A DNA stretch of 19,290 nucleotides. It comes from Polyangiales bacterium. GTDB taxonomy: Bacteria; Myxococcota_A; Polyangia; Polyangiales; Houyiibacteriaceae. The notes beneath the pieces are model-generated. The model was not told the DNA's origin and ran no database searches. It saw only the letters and a program-made list of their open reading frames with translations. Numbering within the stretch: the first letter of the stretch is position 1; every line of letters begins with the position of its first letter. Below, piece after piece: positions 1 to 8,781 of this stretch. Location of the stretch: NCBI GenBank assembly GCA_045106895.1, contig JBGCFM010000087.1, positions 1-19,290 of the forward strand, given 5' to 3'. A program made the position numbers and the translations under genes.

Positions 1-846
1 TATGCGCTTCTCTCGCTCGCGCCGATCTTGGTGCTCGCCATCGCCATGGCGGACGCCGTCGCCGCGGGCGATGTGGTGCGTCACGACATGTCGGAGTGGA
101 TCAGCCAGCGCGTCAGCGCCGACGTGGCAGCGCTCCTCGACGAGTGGACCCACGTTCAGCACAGCGGCGACTCGAAGATCTCCGTGTATATCTCCGTGGT
201 CGTCCTCGTGGTCAGCGCGTCGCGTTTGTTCGCCCACGTCCAGACGGCGCTGGACCGCATCTGGCACATCCAGTCCGACGATGGCGCCGCCAGCATGTTC
301 TCTGCGCTCTGGGCCCGCCTTTGGGGCCTCGGCATCATCGGCATGATCGGGCTCACGTTGATCCTCGGCGTCGCCGTCAAGGTCGTCATCCGCATGGTGG
401 CGACATATATCGACGCGGACGGCGTGCCGTTTCTGTGGGTGCTCTTGGATTGGAGCATCTACTTCGTGCTCGTCGGCGGCCTGGTCTATATGACCTACCG
501 ACGCCTTCCGAACGTGCTCGTTCACCGGCTGCATGCGCTCATTGGCGCGGCCATCACCGCCGTGCTGCTCATCATCGGCGGCGAGGTCATCGCTTACTAC
601 GTCGCCATCGCCGGCGTGACGACGAGCTTCGGCGCCGCCGGCTCCGTGATGGCTTTGGTGCTCTGGGTTTATTACGCCTCGCAGGTCTTCTTGATCGGAG
701 CCGTGATCACTTGGCTCTTTGCCGAGAAGGGCGCCCGCGTTCGAAAGCGACTTAAGTTGCGCCTTCGTCGGAAGCGCCGAAAACCGGTTCTCAAGGACGC
801 CAACGCCCATCCGAAGAAACAAGTTCCAAAGAGAGAGAGCACATGA
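1..846 (+). CDS. YihY/virulence factor BrkB family inner-membrane protein, 5'-truncated by the window edge
   Basis: The frame is open from base 1 (YALLSLAPILVLAIA, typical of the YihY N-terminal segment). It has several TM helices and YihY-like motifs (ALDRIW, YRRLPN, FGAAGSVMALVLWVYYASQVFLIGA), then a basic C-terminal tail. Confidence 0.9.
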   Translation, partial: YALLSLAPILVLAIAMADAVAAGDVVRHDMSEWISQRVSADVAALLDEWTHVQHSGDSKISVYISVVVLVVSASRLFAHVQTALDRIWHIQSDDGAASMFSALWARLWGLGIIGMIGLTLILGVAVKVVIRMVATYIDADGVPFLWVLLDWSIYFVLVGGLVYMTYRRLPNVLVHRLHALIGAAITAVLLIIGGEVIAYYVAIAGVTTSFGAAGSVMALVLWVYYASQVFLIGAVITWLFAEKGARVRKRLKLRLRRKRRKPVLKDANAHPKKQVPKREST

Positions 847-1673
847 CTTCAAAGCCCGCGCCATCCAAGCCCGCCGTTTCAAAACCAAAGAAGATCGACG
901 GCGAGCACGGACGCACCACGCCGGAAGAGCCGCTGACGCCGCCGGAGCGGAAGGCGCCAACGCACGCCGAGCGCGCCCGCACGCTGATGGGTCAGTGCAC
1001 CACAGGCACGCTCTCCACGCTCTCTTCCGAAGGGTATCCCCACGGTTCGTATGTGACCTTTGCCCTCGACGGCGCTCGACCGGTTTTCCTTGTGTCGAAG
1101 CTTGCGTCCCACACGAAGAACCTCGAGGGCGACTCCCGCGCGTCGCTCCTCGTGCATGAAGACGGCGCCAGCGACCCCCTCGCCAATGGTCGCGTGACGC
1201 TCCTTGGTCGCGCGACGCGTCTTGAAGACGACGACTCCGCGCGCGCAGCGTTTCTCGAGCGACATCCCGGCGCTGCCTACTACGTCGACTTTCGCGACTT
1301 CGGTTTCTTCCGGCTCGAGCCCGAGTCCATCCGTTACATCGGCGGCTATGGCCGCATGTCGTGGGTCGAAGGCGCGGACTGGAACGCCGCGAATGCCGAC
1401 CCCCTCGCCGCCGCCGCCGCCGGCATCATCGAGCACATGAACGAAGACCACGCGGACGCCCTCGTGGCCTACGCCAAAGCCTTCACGCGGGAAGAGAGCC
1501 CCGGCGGCGTGACGCTCCAGGGCGTCGATCGCTACGGCTTCGACATGAGCGTCGTCACCGAACGTGGACCCCGCCCAGCGCGCATCGCCTTCGACGAAGA
1601 AGTCCTCACCCCCGAGGATGCGCGCAAAGCCTTCGTCGCGCTCGTGAAACGCGCCCGCGCGCAGCTCAGCTAG
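843..1673 (+). CDS. HugZ-family protein: PNPOx-like split-barrel domain plus C-terminal DUF2470
   Basis: Motifs GTLSTL..GYPHGSYV, SKLASHTKNL..DSRASLLV, YIGGYGRMSWV, IIEHMNEDHADAL and GVDRYGFD. ATGA overlap with the upstream gene. Confidence 0.9.
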   Translation: MTSKPAPSKPAVSKPKKIDGEHGRTTPEEPLTPPERKAPTHAERARTLMGQCTTGTLSTLSSEGYPHGSYVTFALDGARPVFLVSKLASHTKNLEGDSRASLLVHEDGASDPLANGRVTLLGRATRLEDDDSARAAFLERHPGAAYYVDFRDFGFFRLEPESIRYIGGYGRMSWVEGADWNAANADPLAAAAAGIIEHMNEDHADALVAYAKAFTREESPGGVTLQGVDRYGFDMSVVTERGPRPARIAFDEEVLTPEDARKAFVALVKRARAQLS

Positions 1674-1680
1674 CCGTCGC

Positions 1681-2760
1681 GTGAACGCTCACCACGAAGG
1701 TCGCCGGAGACGCTACGAGCGCTTGAGCGCAAGCCTCACCGCCATGAGCGATGACGCCATGCGTGCGAAGCTCGACGCGGCGCCATCGACGCAGGGGTGG
1801 GGGCGAAGCCTGGTGATCAAAGTGGGCCGTGAGCGCGTGTTCGTGAAGCGTATCCCGCTCACGGACAAAGAGCTTCGACACGCCTACTCCACGCGTAACC
1901 ATTTCCGCTTGCCGCTCTTCTACAACTACGGCGTCGGGTCCGCGGGTTTCGGTGCGTTTCGGGAGCTTCGAGGGCACCAGCGCGCCACGGAATGGGTCCT
2001 CGGTGGCGAGTCCGAGAACTTCCCCCTGATGTTCCACCATCGGGTCGTCGCCTGCGAGAAGCAGCGAGCTGGGGAGCACGCAGTGGACGCGCATGTGCGC
2101 TACTGGAATGGCAGCAAACGTATTGGTGCGTTTATGGAGGCGCGCATGTGCGCTTCCCATGAGCTCTTGGTTTTCATCGAGCACTTTCCTCGTACCGTCG
2201 CCCAATGGGCTTCGAAGAGCGCTGCGCGTGCTCAATGGGTAGACGACGAGATGTCTTCCGCTGTGCGTCATCTTCGACGAAAGCGCGTCATTCACTTCGA
2301 CGGACACAGCCAGAACGTCGTGACCGATGGCGTGCGGGCTTATCTTACGGACTTTGGGTTGGTATTGGACCGGAGCTTTGAGCTCACCCCCTCCGAGGTC
2401 GCCTTCTACAAACGCCACACCGAATACGATCGCGCATACAACGCGGCCACGCTGAGCTATTTCGCCACTACGCGCCTCTCCAAGCTCCGTGGCCGCCGCG
2501 CCCGTGAGCTCGCAACGCGATACGGGATAGAGCGCCGCGTCGACGCTGCTTCACTCCTCGCGACGCTGGTTCACCTCGAAGAGCTCATCGACGATGGGCT
2601 TCTGGATGGGTCACCCGAGCATCTCACTCGGCTCCTCGCGTCGCGTTCCGTGGCCCTCCTGATGCATCGCTTTTTTGCCGACCTTCGGCGCACCTCAAAG
2701 AAGGACACCGCGTTCGACAACGCGCGCGTTCGCCGGCTGCTTCGAGGGCGGGCTTGCTGA
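1681..2760 (+). CDS. Atypical protein kinase-like (PKL fold) protein
   Basis: VFVKRIPLT (catalytic Lys strand), GVGSAGFGAFRE, catalytic loop IHFDGHSQNV and LTDFGL (DFG). The GTG start is uncertain. Confidence 0.75.
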   Translation: MNAHHEGRRRRYERLSASLTAMSDDAMRAKLDAAPSTQGWGRSLVIKVGRERVFVKRIPLTDKELRHAYSTRNHFRLPLFYNYGVGSAGFGAFRELRGHQRATEWVLGGESENFPLMFHHRVVACEKQRAGEHAVDAHVRYWNGSKRIGAFMEARMCASHELLVFIEHFPRTVAQWASKSAARAQWVDDEMSSAVRHLRRKRVIHFDGHSQNVVTDGVRAYLTDFGLVLDRSFELTPSEVAFYKRHTEYDRAYNAATLSYFATTRLSKLRGRRARELATRYGIERRVDAASLLATLVHLEELIDDGLLDGSPEHLTRLLASRSVALLMHRFFADLRRTSKKDTAFDNARVRRLLRGRAC

Positions 2761-2806
2761 CGGCACGCTCTCAAGAAGACCCTCGCGTCTCTCCGCCGAA
2801 GCGGAC

Positions 2807-2812
2807 TAAGAT
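2807..2812 (+). promoter_or_regulatory. Putative -10 box of a leaderless transcript
   Basis: TAAGAT-ggcttc-ATG(2819): TANNNT lies 6 nt before the start codon, with no Shine-Dalgarno sequence. Confidence 0.55.
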
Positions 2813-2818
2813 GGCTTC

Positions 2819-3898
2819 ATGATCTTTCGGCAGCTCTTTGACCGCGAAACCTCAACGTATACCTACCTTCTCGCCGACGAGACCACGCGCGAGGCGCTCC
2901 TCATCGACCCGGTGCGCGAGCAGGTCGAACGAGACCTGCAGATCCTTGAAGAGCTCGGGCTCAAGCTCGTTCATACGCTCGAGACACATGTTCATGCCGA
3001 CCATATTGCGGGCTCCGGCATGTTGAGGCAGCGCGTAGGGAGCCGCTCCATCATGAGCGAGGATGCCGGCGCCGAATGCGCGGACGTCATGGCCAAAGAC
3101 TCCCAGGAGTTTGAGATCGGCGGCATTCACATCGAAGCCCGCAAGACGCCGGGTCACACGGACGGGTGCATTTCTTTCGTGGTGAACGCGGAAGGAGAAC
3201 CTACGCGCGCCTTCACCGGAGACACTCTGCTGATTCGTGGCTGTGGCCGTACGGACTTTCAGGCTGGGGACTCGAAGCAGCTCTACGAGTCCGTGCACAC
3301 CAAGCTCTTCTCGTTGCCTGACGACACGCTGGTTTTTCCAGGACACGACTATCGCGGTCGAGCCATGTCCACCATCGGCGAGGAGAAGCAACACAACCCA
3401 CGCCTCGGCGGAGGCCGCACCCTTGCCGAGTTCCAGCAAATCATGGCGGAGCTCAACTTGGCGCAACCGAAGCACATCAACGAGGCCGTGCCCGCCAACC
3501 TAAGCTGCGGCATGCCGCTTCAGTCGGCGAGCATCCCGGAAGCAGGCTGGGCGCCTGTGGAGCGCCGTGAGGATGGGGTGCCGGAGGTCACGGTGGCTTG
3601 GACCGAAGAGACCATGGGCGAGTACCGCCTCATCGATGTGCGCGAGACCGAGGAGCTGAGCGGCGAGCTCGGTCATATCGAGGGCATCGAGCACGTGCCG
3701 CTGGCGACCCTCGGCGATGCCCTGAGCGCGTGGCGCAAGGACGAACCGCTGGTCATCGTCTGCCGAAGCGGAAACCGTTCGGGCAAAGCTGCCGCTCAGC
3801 TTGAAGAAGCTGGTTTCTCCCGTGTCGCTTCCATGCGCGGCGGCATGAAAGAGTGGCGTGCTTCTGCCTCGAAAGACGGCGACGGAAGCTGCGGCTGA
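2819..3898 (+). CDS. Persulfide dioxygenase (ETHE1-like MBL fold)-rhodanese fusion
   Basis: MIFRQLFD..STYTYLL, ETHVHADH, TPGHT, TGDTLLIRGCGRTDFQ, PGHDY and STIGEEKQHNPRL. The C-terminal rhodanese has IDVRE and the active-site loop CRSGNRS. Confidence 0.93.
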   Translation: MIFRQLFDRETSTYTYLLADETTREALLIDPVREQVERDLQILEELGLKLVHTLETHVHADHIAGSGMLRQRVGSRSIMSEDAGAECADVMAKDSQEFEIGGIHIEARKTPGHTDGCISFVVNAEGEPTRAFTGDTLLIRGCGRTDFQAGDSKQLYESVHTKLFSLPDDTLVFPGHDYRGRAMSTIGEEKQHNPRLGGGRTLAEFQQIMAELNLAQPKHINEAVPANLSCGMPLQSASIPEAGWAPVERREDGVPEVTVAWTEETMGEYRLIDVRETEELSGELGHIEGIEHVPLATLGDALSAWRKDEPLVIVCRSGNRSGKAAAQLEEAGFSRVASMRGGMKEWRASASKDGDGSCG

Positions 3899-3926
3899 GC
3901 GCCCCGACCTGTCCGACGACGACCGA

Positions 3927-4577
3927 CTACATGCCCGGTGGGCGTTCGTTGTCTTCGTAGCTGTTGTTGTAGGGGTTTTGGCCCGGGGCGTTCGACTCGG
4001 CGCTGCTGCCGCTAGCCGGGTCCGGTTCCGGGGCCTGCACGCGGAGTTCTTGAGGAATGTAGTCGCCCGCCGGGAAGTCGACGTAGAGAAACTGGAAGCC
4101 GTTTTCGCCCGTGCCGGTGGTGACCGTCGGCGTTGAGCTCTGTCGCATCGCGAAGACGAAGACGAGGTCGTTGCGCCCGCGTCGTTCGATACGCGCGCGA
4201 CGTACGGGGGTGTTGAAGAAGCGGGTTTCGAGCCAGCGCCGTGTGTTCCGCAGGTGGGTACGCGCGTTCTTGAGGACGACCTCGACACGCCCCTCGGACT
4301 GATTGACTTCCGTGATGATATTGCCCGTCGTCTGCACGAAGAAGCGACCACCACCGCGCGGCTCAAAGCCTGGCCAGGTGACCACGGTATTGCGCGCGTT
4401 TCGCGCAGCCTGGGCGCGAGGCGGCGTATTGTTCGCGCCAGGACGAACGCCCGCGTACTCACCCACGTCGCGCGCTTCCTGCACCACAGCTGTCCCTTGA
4501 GCTTCCGCGCGGGGCCAGAGGAGGAGCGCGCAGGCGGCACTAAGAGCGCCCAAAATCGAAAGCCGACGGAAGTTCAT
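3927..4577 (-). CDS. Secreted AMIN-like domain protein
   Basis: Start re-assigned to ATG 4577, which gives a signal peptide (MNFRRLSILGALSAACALLLWPRAEA). The beta-rich domain (GRVEVVLKNAR..RRWLETRFFNTPVRRARI) resembles AMIN domains. Pro/Asn-rich tail. Confidence 0.65.
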   Translation of the reverse strand: MNFRRLSILGALSAACALLLWPRAEAQGTAVVQEARDVGEYAGVRPGANNTPPRAQAARNARNTVVTWPGFEPRGGGRFFVQTTGNIITEVNQSEGRVEVVLKNARTHLRNTRRWLETRFFNTPVRRARIERRGRNDLVFVFAMRQSSTPTVTTGTGENGFQFLYVDFPAGDYIPQELRVQAPEPDPASGSSAESNAPGQNPYNNSYEDNERPPGM

Positions 4578-4583
4578 GTGACA

Positions 4584-4589
4584 AGGGTA
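4584..4589 (-). promoter_or_regulatory. Putative -10 box of a leaderless transcript
   Basis: The minus strand reads TACCCT-tgtcac-ATG(4577). Confidence 0.45.
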
Positions 4590-4666
4590 GAGAGCCCTTC
4601 TCAATCCGTCACCTTTCTGCCCGCTTCTGTCCGGTGGTGCGGGAATTCCAAGAGAATCTGGAAATT

Positions 4667-5917
4667 CTAACGCCGCCGACCTTGAGACACCCACGTCGCC
4701 ACGAGCTGCAAGTCCTCGGCAGAGAGCGCGGGATGGCCCAGAGGCATGCCGCGAACATCGGGGTCTCGCAGCCCCGCCTCTTCGAGCTGTCGTGCTCGAA
4801 GTGCGCGAACGAGGCGCGGCATTCCGCTCTCATCAACAGCGAATACCGACTCTCGGCGCCCATCGACGAGGAGCCCCGCCGCCATGCCTTCGTAGTTGGT
4901 GAGGTTGAGGCCCCTTCCTTCGAAGCCGAAGCCGCCGTCGTTGCCGGGGCCACCGTCGCCGAGGGCGAAATCTCCGTCCGCGTGACAGTGGCGACAGATA
5001 CGGTGGAATACGCGCTCATCCACTTCGGCAAAGAGCACCTCACGGGTGAGCATGGGCAGCTGAGGGACCAGCGCCGGCGGCGACGGCGGAGCCAGCTCGG
5101 CGAAGAGAATATACGAAGCGAGCGCCTCCGCGTCTTCGCCGGAGAGGCCCAACTCGGGCATCACCGTGTCGCTCTTCATATGCGAAGGGTGCTGAATCCA
5201 CGCCGTGATGTTCTCACGCACGAATCGATCTCGCGTCACGTCCAAGTTGGGCGCGAGCCCCGCGCCGCTCTCTGTGTCGCTCCCTGTGTCGGCGCGCTCC
5301 GCTCTCTCCGGCGCCTCTGCGTCCGAGAACGCGTGGCAGGCGCGGCATCCACGTTCGTCGAAGAGACGACGTCCCCGCACGACATGATCTTCGGCGGGCG
5401 GCTCACCAAGAGCAGCAGCGTCGCGGGTCAGGAAAGCGGCGATAGCCGCGGCTTGGTCCGCTTCGATGGCGAGCCTGGGCATCATCGCTTCCAGGCCCGG
5501 GCGGAGGTCCTGAGGATCGAGGAGGAACGCCGCGAGCCACTCAGGACGCAGGCGCGGGCCCACGGACACAAGTGTCGGCGAGTCCGTGAGGCCTCGAATA
5601 TGAAGCGTCCAGCGTGCGAGGTCTTCGGCCTCCGCGGAAAACTCACCGCTGCGGATGTCCTGGTGACAGCCCACGCAGCGTTGGGACGCCGGCGGCGCGT
5701 CGATGCCTTCGATAACGTGACAACGATTGCACTGAAAATGCAGCACAAGCTCACGACCCTCGGCGATTAGGGCTTCGTCGCGGACGGGCTCTTGCTCCAC
5801 TGCTTCACCCATGGGCGACGCACGTTGCTCCGCGGTCTCGCTTGCTTCGCAGTCGCATGCGCTCACCATCAGGAGCGAGAGAGTCAGCGCGCGTACTCGG
5901 CGCGAGATTCCGTCCAC
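4667..5917 (-). CDS. Tetraheme c-type cytochrome, probable lipoprotein
   Basis: Four CxxCH motifs (CNRCH, CVGCH, CRACH, CRHCH), distal Met-Pro motifs (AMMP, TVMP, GMP) and lipobox-like LLMVSAC. The likely GTG start at 5917 overlaps the upstream TAG (TAGTG). Confidence 0.88.
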   Translation of the reverse strand: MDGISRRVRALTLSLLMVSACDCEASETAEQRASPMGEAVEQEPVRDEALIAEGRELVLHFQCNRCHVIEGIDAPPASQRCVGCHQDIRSGEFSAEAEDLARWTLHIRGLTDSPTLVSVGPRLRPEWLAAFLLDPQDLRPGLEAMMPRLAIEADQAAAIAAFLTRDAAALGEPPAEDHVVRGRRLFDERGCRACHAFSDAEAPERAERADTGSDTESGAGLAPNLDVTRDRFVRENITAWIQHPSHMKSDTVMPELGLSGEDAEALASYILFAELAPPSPPALVPQLPMLTREVLFAEVDERVFHRICRHCHADGDFALGDGGPGNDGGFGFEGRGLNLTNYEGMAAGLLVDGRRESVFAVDESGMPRLVRALRARQLEEAGLRDPDVRGMPLGHPALSAEDLQLVATWVSQGRRR

Positions 5918-6666
5918 TAAGCGGCAGCTCGGCAGACGCGTGCGGCGCCGCGCGTCACCGTCGTTCGACATCGAGCCAGCGCTCGGCTCTGGGCGTCGCC
6001 GCTCTCAAGGTTGGCGAGGGCGACCCACGTCATCGGATCCGTGACCAGGTCACGTGCGCCCAGATCACGGAGCGTTTCCAAAGACGTCGGTGCGTTGCCC
6101 GCGACGGTGGCTTGGGCTTCGGCGTCGTAGGCGGCAAGACGTGGGTCGTTCGGTTCCTCTCGAAGAAGACGAGCCAGAGTGGCGCGGGCTTGCTCGAGGT
6201 GCGCGGCCCGTTCCTCAGCGCGCACGCTTCGGACCACGCGCCCATTGCGCGCTATCTTCCCGTCCACGCGCACCACAAGGATAGCCAGAAGCATCTCCGC
6301 TCGGCGTCCGATGGCGACGAGCTCGGCTTCGTCGCCCTCGCGGATGAGGCCGTACCCTTCGGAGGGGCCCGAGTTGTCTCTTCCGCCGGAGTCTCTGGAA
6401 CCCCACGGGTTCAAGAGCGCTCTCCCGCGGGGTCCTCTCCGTCGCCCGCGTTGCGCGGCGACGAGCCCGTCCACGAGCTGCCGAGCGTGCCGATAAGCGG
6501 CTCGGGTGTTGCCGCGGGCGAGGAGTCGCTCGATGCGCTCAGCGCGCCGAATGTCTCGGGGCTGCACGGCGACACGAATCACCTCGTTCATGCAGGCGGA
6601 GGCCGGAGCAGGGTTTGCGGGAAGCGCGCAGATCAGCGCGAGAAGCAGGAGCCCGAAGTACTTCAT
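5917..6666 (-). CDS. Secreted helical hypothetical protein (paralog B)
   Basis: Signal peptide ending APASA-CMNE. Extensive similarity to 6711..7457, including the shared TLRDLGARDLVTDP.TWVALA.LE.G. Confidence 0.85.
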   Translation of the reverse strand: MKYFGLLLLALICALPANPAPASACMNEVIRVAVQPRDIRRAERIERLLARGNTRAAYRHARQLVDGLVAAQRGRRRGPRGRALLNPWGSRDSGGRDNSGPSEGYGLIREGDEAELVAIGRRAEMLLAILVVRVDGKIARNGRVVRSVRAEERAAHLEQARATLARLLREEPNDPRLAAYDAEAQATVAGNAPTSLETLRDLGARDLVTDPMTWVALANLESGDAQSRALARCRTTVTRGAARVCRAAA

Positions 6667-6672
6667 GCCGGA

Positions 6673-6678
6673 AGTCTA
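6673..6678 (-). promoter_or_regulatory. Putative -10 box of a leaderless transcript
   Basis: The minus strand reads TAGACT-tccggc-ATG(6666). Confidence 0.55.
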
Positions 6679-6710
6679 ACCCTAGAGCGTACCTTCGACG
6701 AGCCGGGCCT

Positions 6711-7457
6711 TCAGACTGGGTCCGAGGCGCGACAGACTCGGGCAGCGCCGCGGGCCACGGCGTTCGAGCAACGTTCGAGGGCGCGGGTCCTGGCTTGCCC
6801 GGTCTCCAGTTTTGCGAGGGCGACCCACGTCAGCGGGTCCGTCACCAGGTCTCGCGCGCCGAGGTCTCGAAGCGTGGCCAGGGCGTTCGCTGCTGCTGCG
6901 GGCTCACTCGCCTGAGCTTCTGCATTGTACGCGATAAGCCTCGGGTTTTCGTTCTCTTCGTCGTCTACGAGCCAGCTCAACATCGCGCGGGCCTCTGTCA
7001 TATGCTCGGCTCTGACGTCCGGGTGAACGCTTCGAGCGAGTCGTCCGCTGCGGGTGATCTGCCCATCGACGCGAATCACCAAGATCGCCAAGAGCATCTT
7101 CACCCTCCGCGCGAGCGCCGTCGCCCGTTCTGGATGACGCGTTTCCTGGAACGTCTCGCCGCCATCGCCCATCTCCGTCGCCGACCACTCGCCTTCGACG
7201 ATGAGGTCTTCGGATGCATCTCGACTGTCTAGAGGGAACGCGTTGTCGCCGACGGCGTCTTCGAGCTCGCGTGCCAAGCGGTAGGCGGCCCTGGAGTTTC
7301 CTTGTGCCATAAGCCGCTCCAGGCGCTCGGCGCGACGCACGGCGATGGGGAGCACATAAACTCGGACGATCTCATTGCCGCAGGCGGCAGCAGGTGCGGG
7401 CGTCAGTGACGAGGCGAGGAGCGCGGTGAAGAGCGCGACGAAGGTTCGCTGAGGCAT
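6711..7457 (-). CDS. Secreted helical hypothetical protein (paralog A)
   Basis: Start re-assigned to ATG 7457 (MPQRTFVALFTALLASSLTPAPAAA-CGNE), giving 248 aa co-linear with the 249-aa paralog B. ATG 7481 is an alternative start. Confidence 0.85.
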   Translation of the reverse strand: MPQRTFVALFTALLASSLTPAPAAACGNEIVRVYVLPIAVRRAERLERLMAQGNSRAAYRLARELEDAVGDNAFPLDSRDASEDLIVEGEWSATEMGDGGETFQETRHPERATALARRVKMLLAILVIRVDGQITRSGRLARSVHPDVRAEHMTEARAMLSWLVDDEENENPRLIAYNAEAQASEPAAAANALATLRDLGARDLVTDPLTWVALAKLETGQARTRALERCSNAVARGAARVCRASDPV

Positions 7458-7576
7458 GGCGGCGAGTACTTCACCAACCATGCCAAAGGCAGATCCTCTG
7501 TGAAAGCGACCCTCGCGTCGCGGCTCCGGAGAATGCGAGACACACCGGTGTCGCAGTGTGAACACAAAGCGACGCA

Positions 7577-8740
7577 TCAAGGAGCGAGCAGCGATTCGAT
7601 CTGAGGCCGCAGGAGCTCCATGAGCGGGACACTGAAGGAGGGGCCGTTCAGGCCATCCGCCTCCATCGCCAGAACCGCGTAATATCCGCTCTCTCGGTCG
7701 ACCCAGGGCGTGAACCCAAAAGCGCCGGGTGACGTGATGTTCTGGCAAGGGGACGCCGCGCCTGGGCAGTTGAGCCACGAGGACCAGCTGTAGCGGAGGG
7801 GTCCGAGGGCGGGGTCCACCATGGCGTCGGGGTAGCCGTTCTCGCTCATGCGCGCGATCGTCGCTTCAGAAATGAGCCGGGTGTCGCCGTGCATGCCGCG
7901 ATGGAAGAGGAGCGCGAGCATCGTCATATATTCGTCGGCGCTGGCGTGCATCCCGCCGGCGACGAGGGGGTTGTCATCGCCGAGTCGTTCTTTGGGCAAG
8001 GTGTAGTAGCGCAGGCCTGGGTCGCTCAGCCCAAGGGGCTCTTTCAGTTCCCGTTCGAAGAGCGTCGCCCAGGATTCGCCGGAGGCCACCTCCGCCATCG
8101 CCGCGGCGACGGCCTGGTGTGTGGAGCCGTACTGGAACATGGCGCCCGGCGCGGCCTGCGGGGCAACGGTGTTCAACGTCGCGACGCAGCCTTGAAGCGT
8201 CATCGCGGGGTTGAAGAGGCACGCCGCCTCGGGCTCCATGCCGGACACGAAGGCGCTGAGGTGGTCGAGCGTCGCGTCCGCCGCCGTCGTCGCATCCCAC
8301 CCCAGCACACCGCGTGGGGTATCCGTGAGGGCGAGGGTCTCGTCGTCCACCAATCGCAAGAGCACCAGACCTGTGACCAGCTTTGAGGCGGACGCGATGG
8401 GCACCCGCCGATCCGCTTCGAAGGACCCGACGGTCTCTTCAATGATGCGCCGGTCGTTTGCGTCGTGGACGATCAAGGTGATCCCCTCGATGCCCGCGGG
8501 GGCCTCCGGGAGCGCACGCATCATCAGCTCGCGAATCGCCGCAGTGTCAAAGGAGCCACCGTCGCTCGCTGCGCTGTCTGCAACGAGCACGTCGGTTGCG
8601 CCGACGTCTGTGGCACCGCTATCCTAGGTCGCGCCGTCCATCGACCCGGCGTCCCTCGACCCGGCGTCGGCTTCCATGGGCGACGAATCGTCGCCACAAG
8701 CAAGCACCAAGAGAAGACAAAGGAGCAGAAAGCGCGACAT
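7577..8740 (-). pseudogene. Beta-lactamase-family serine hydrolase lipoprotein interrupted by one in-frame TAG (8624-8626); the catalytic domain (7577..8590) is intact
   Basis: Translation from ATG 8740 reads MSRFLLLCLLLVLACGDDSSPMEADAGSRDAGSMDGAT*DSGATDVGATDVLVADS..., in frame with the hydrolase. Motifs: SxxK (IASASK), FQYGS and SPGAFGFTPWVD. Confidence 0.8.
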
Positions 8741-8746
8741 CCACCC

Positions 8747-8752
8747 ACTCTA
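8747..8752 (-). promoter_or_regulatory. Putative -10 box of a leaderless transcript
   Basis: The minus strand reads TAGAGT-gggtgg-ATG(8740). Confidence 0.55.
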
Positions 8753-8781
8753 AGTGGGGGCTCTTTCAAAAACAATAAGGC

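Noticed and set aside
4643..4667. Imperfect inverted repeat gaattccaaga-gaa-tctggaaattc
   Set aside because: It is imperfect and occurs once, so it cannot be assigned as an operator or terminator.
8624..8626. Pyrrolysine or genome-wide amber recoding
   Set aside because: TAG ends several genes at their expected C-termini (1673, 11689, 13136, 16950), the codon lies in a non-catalytic linker, and no pyl genes are visible.
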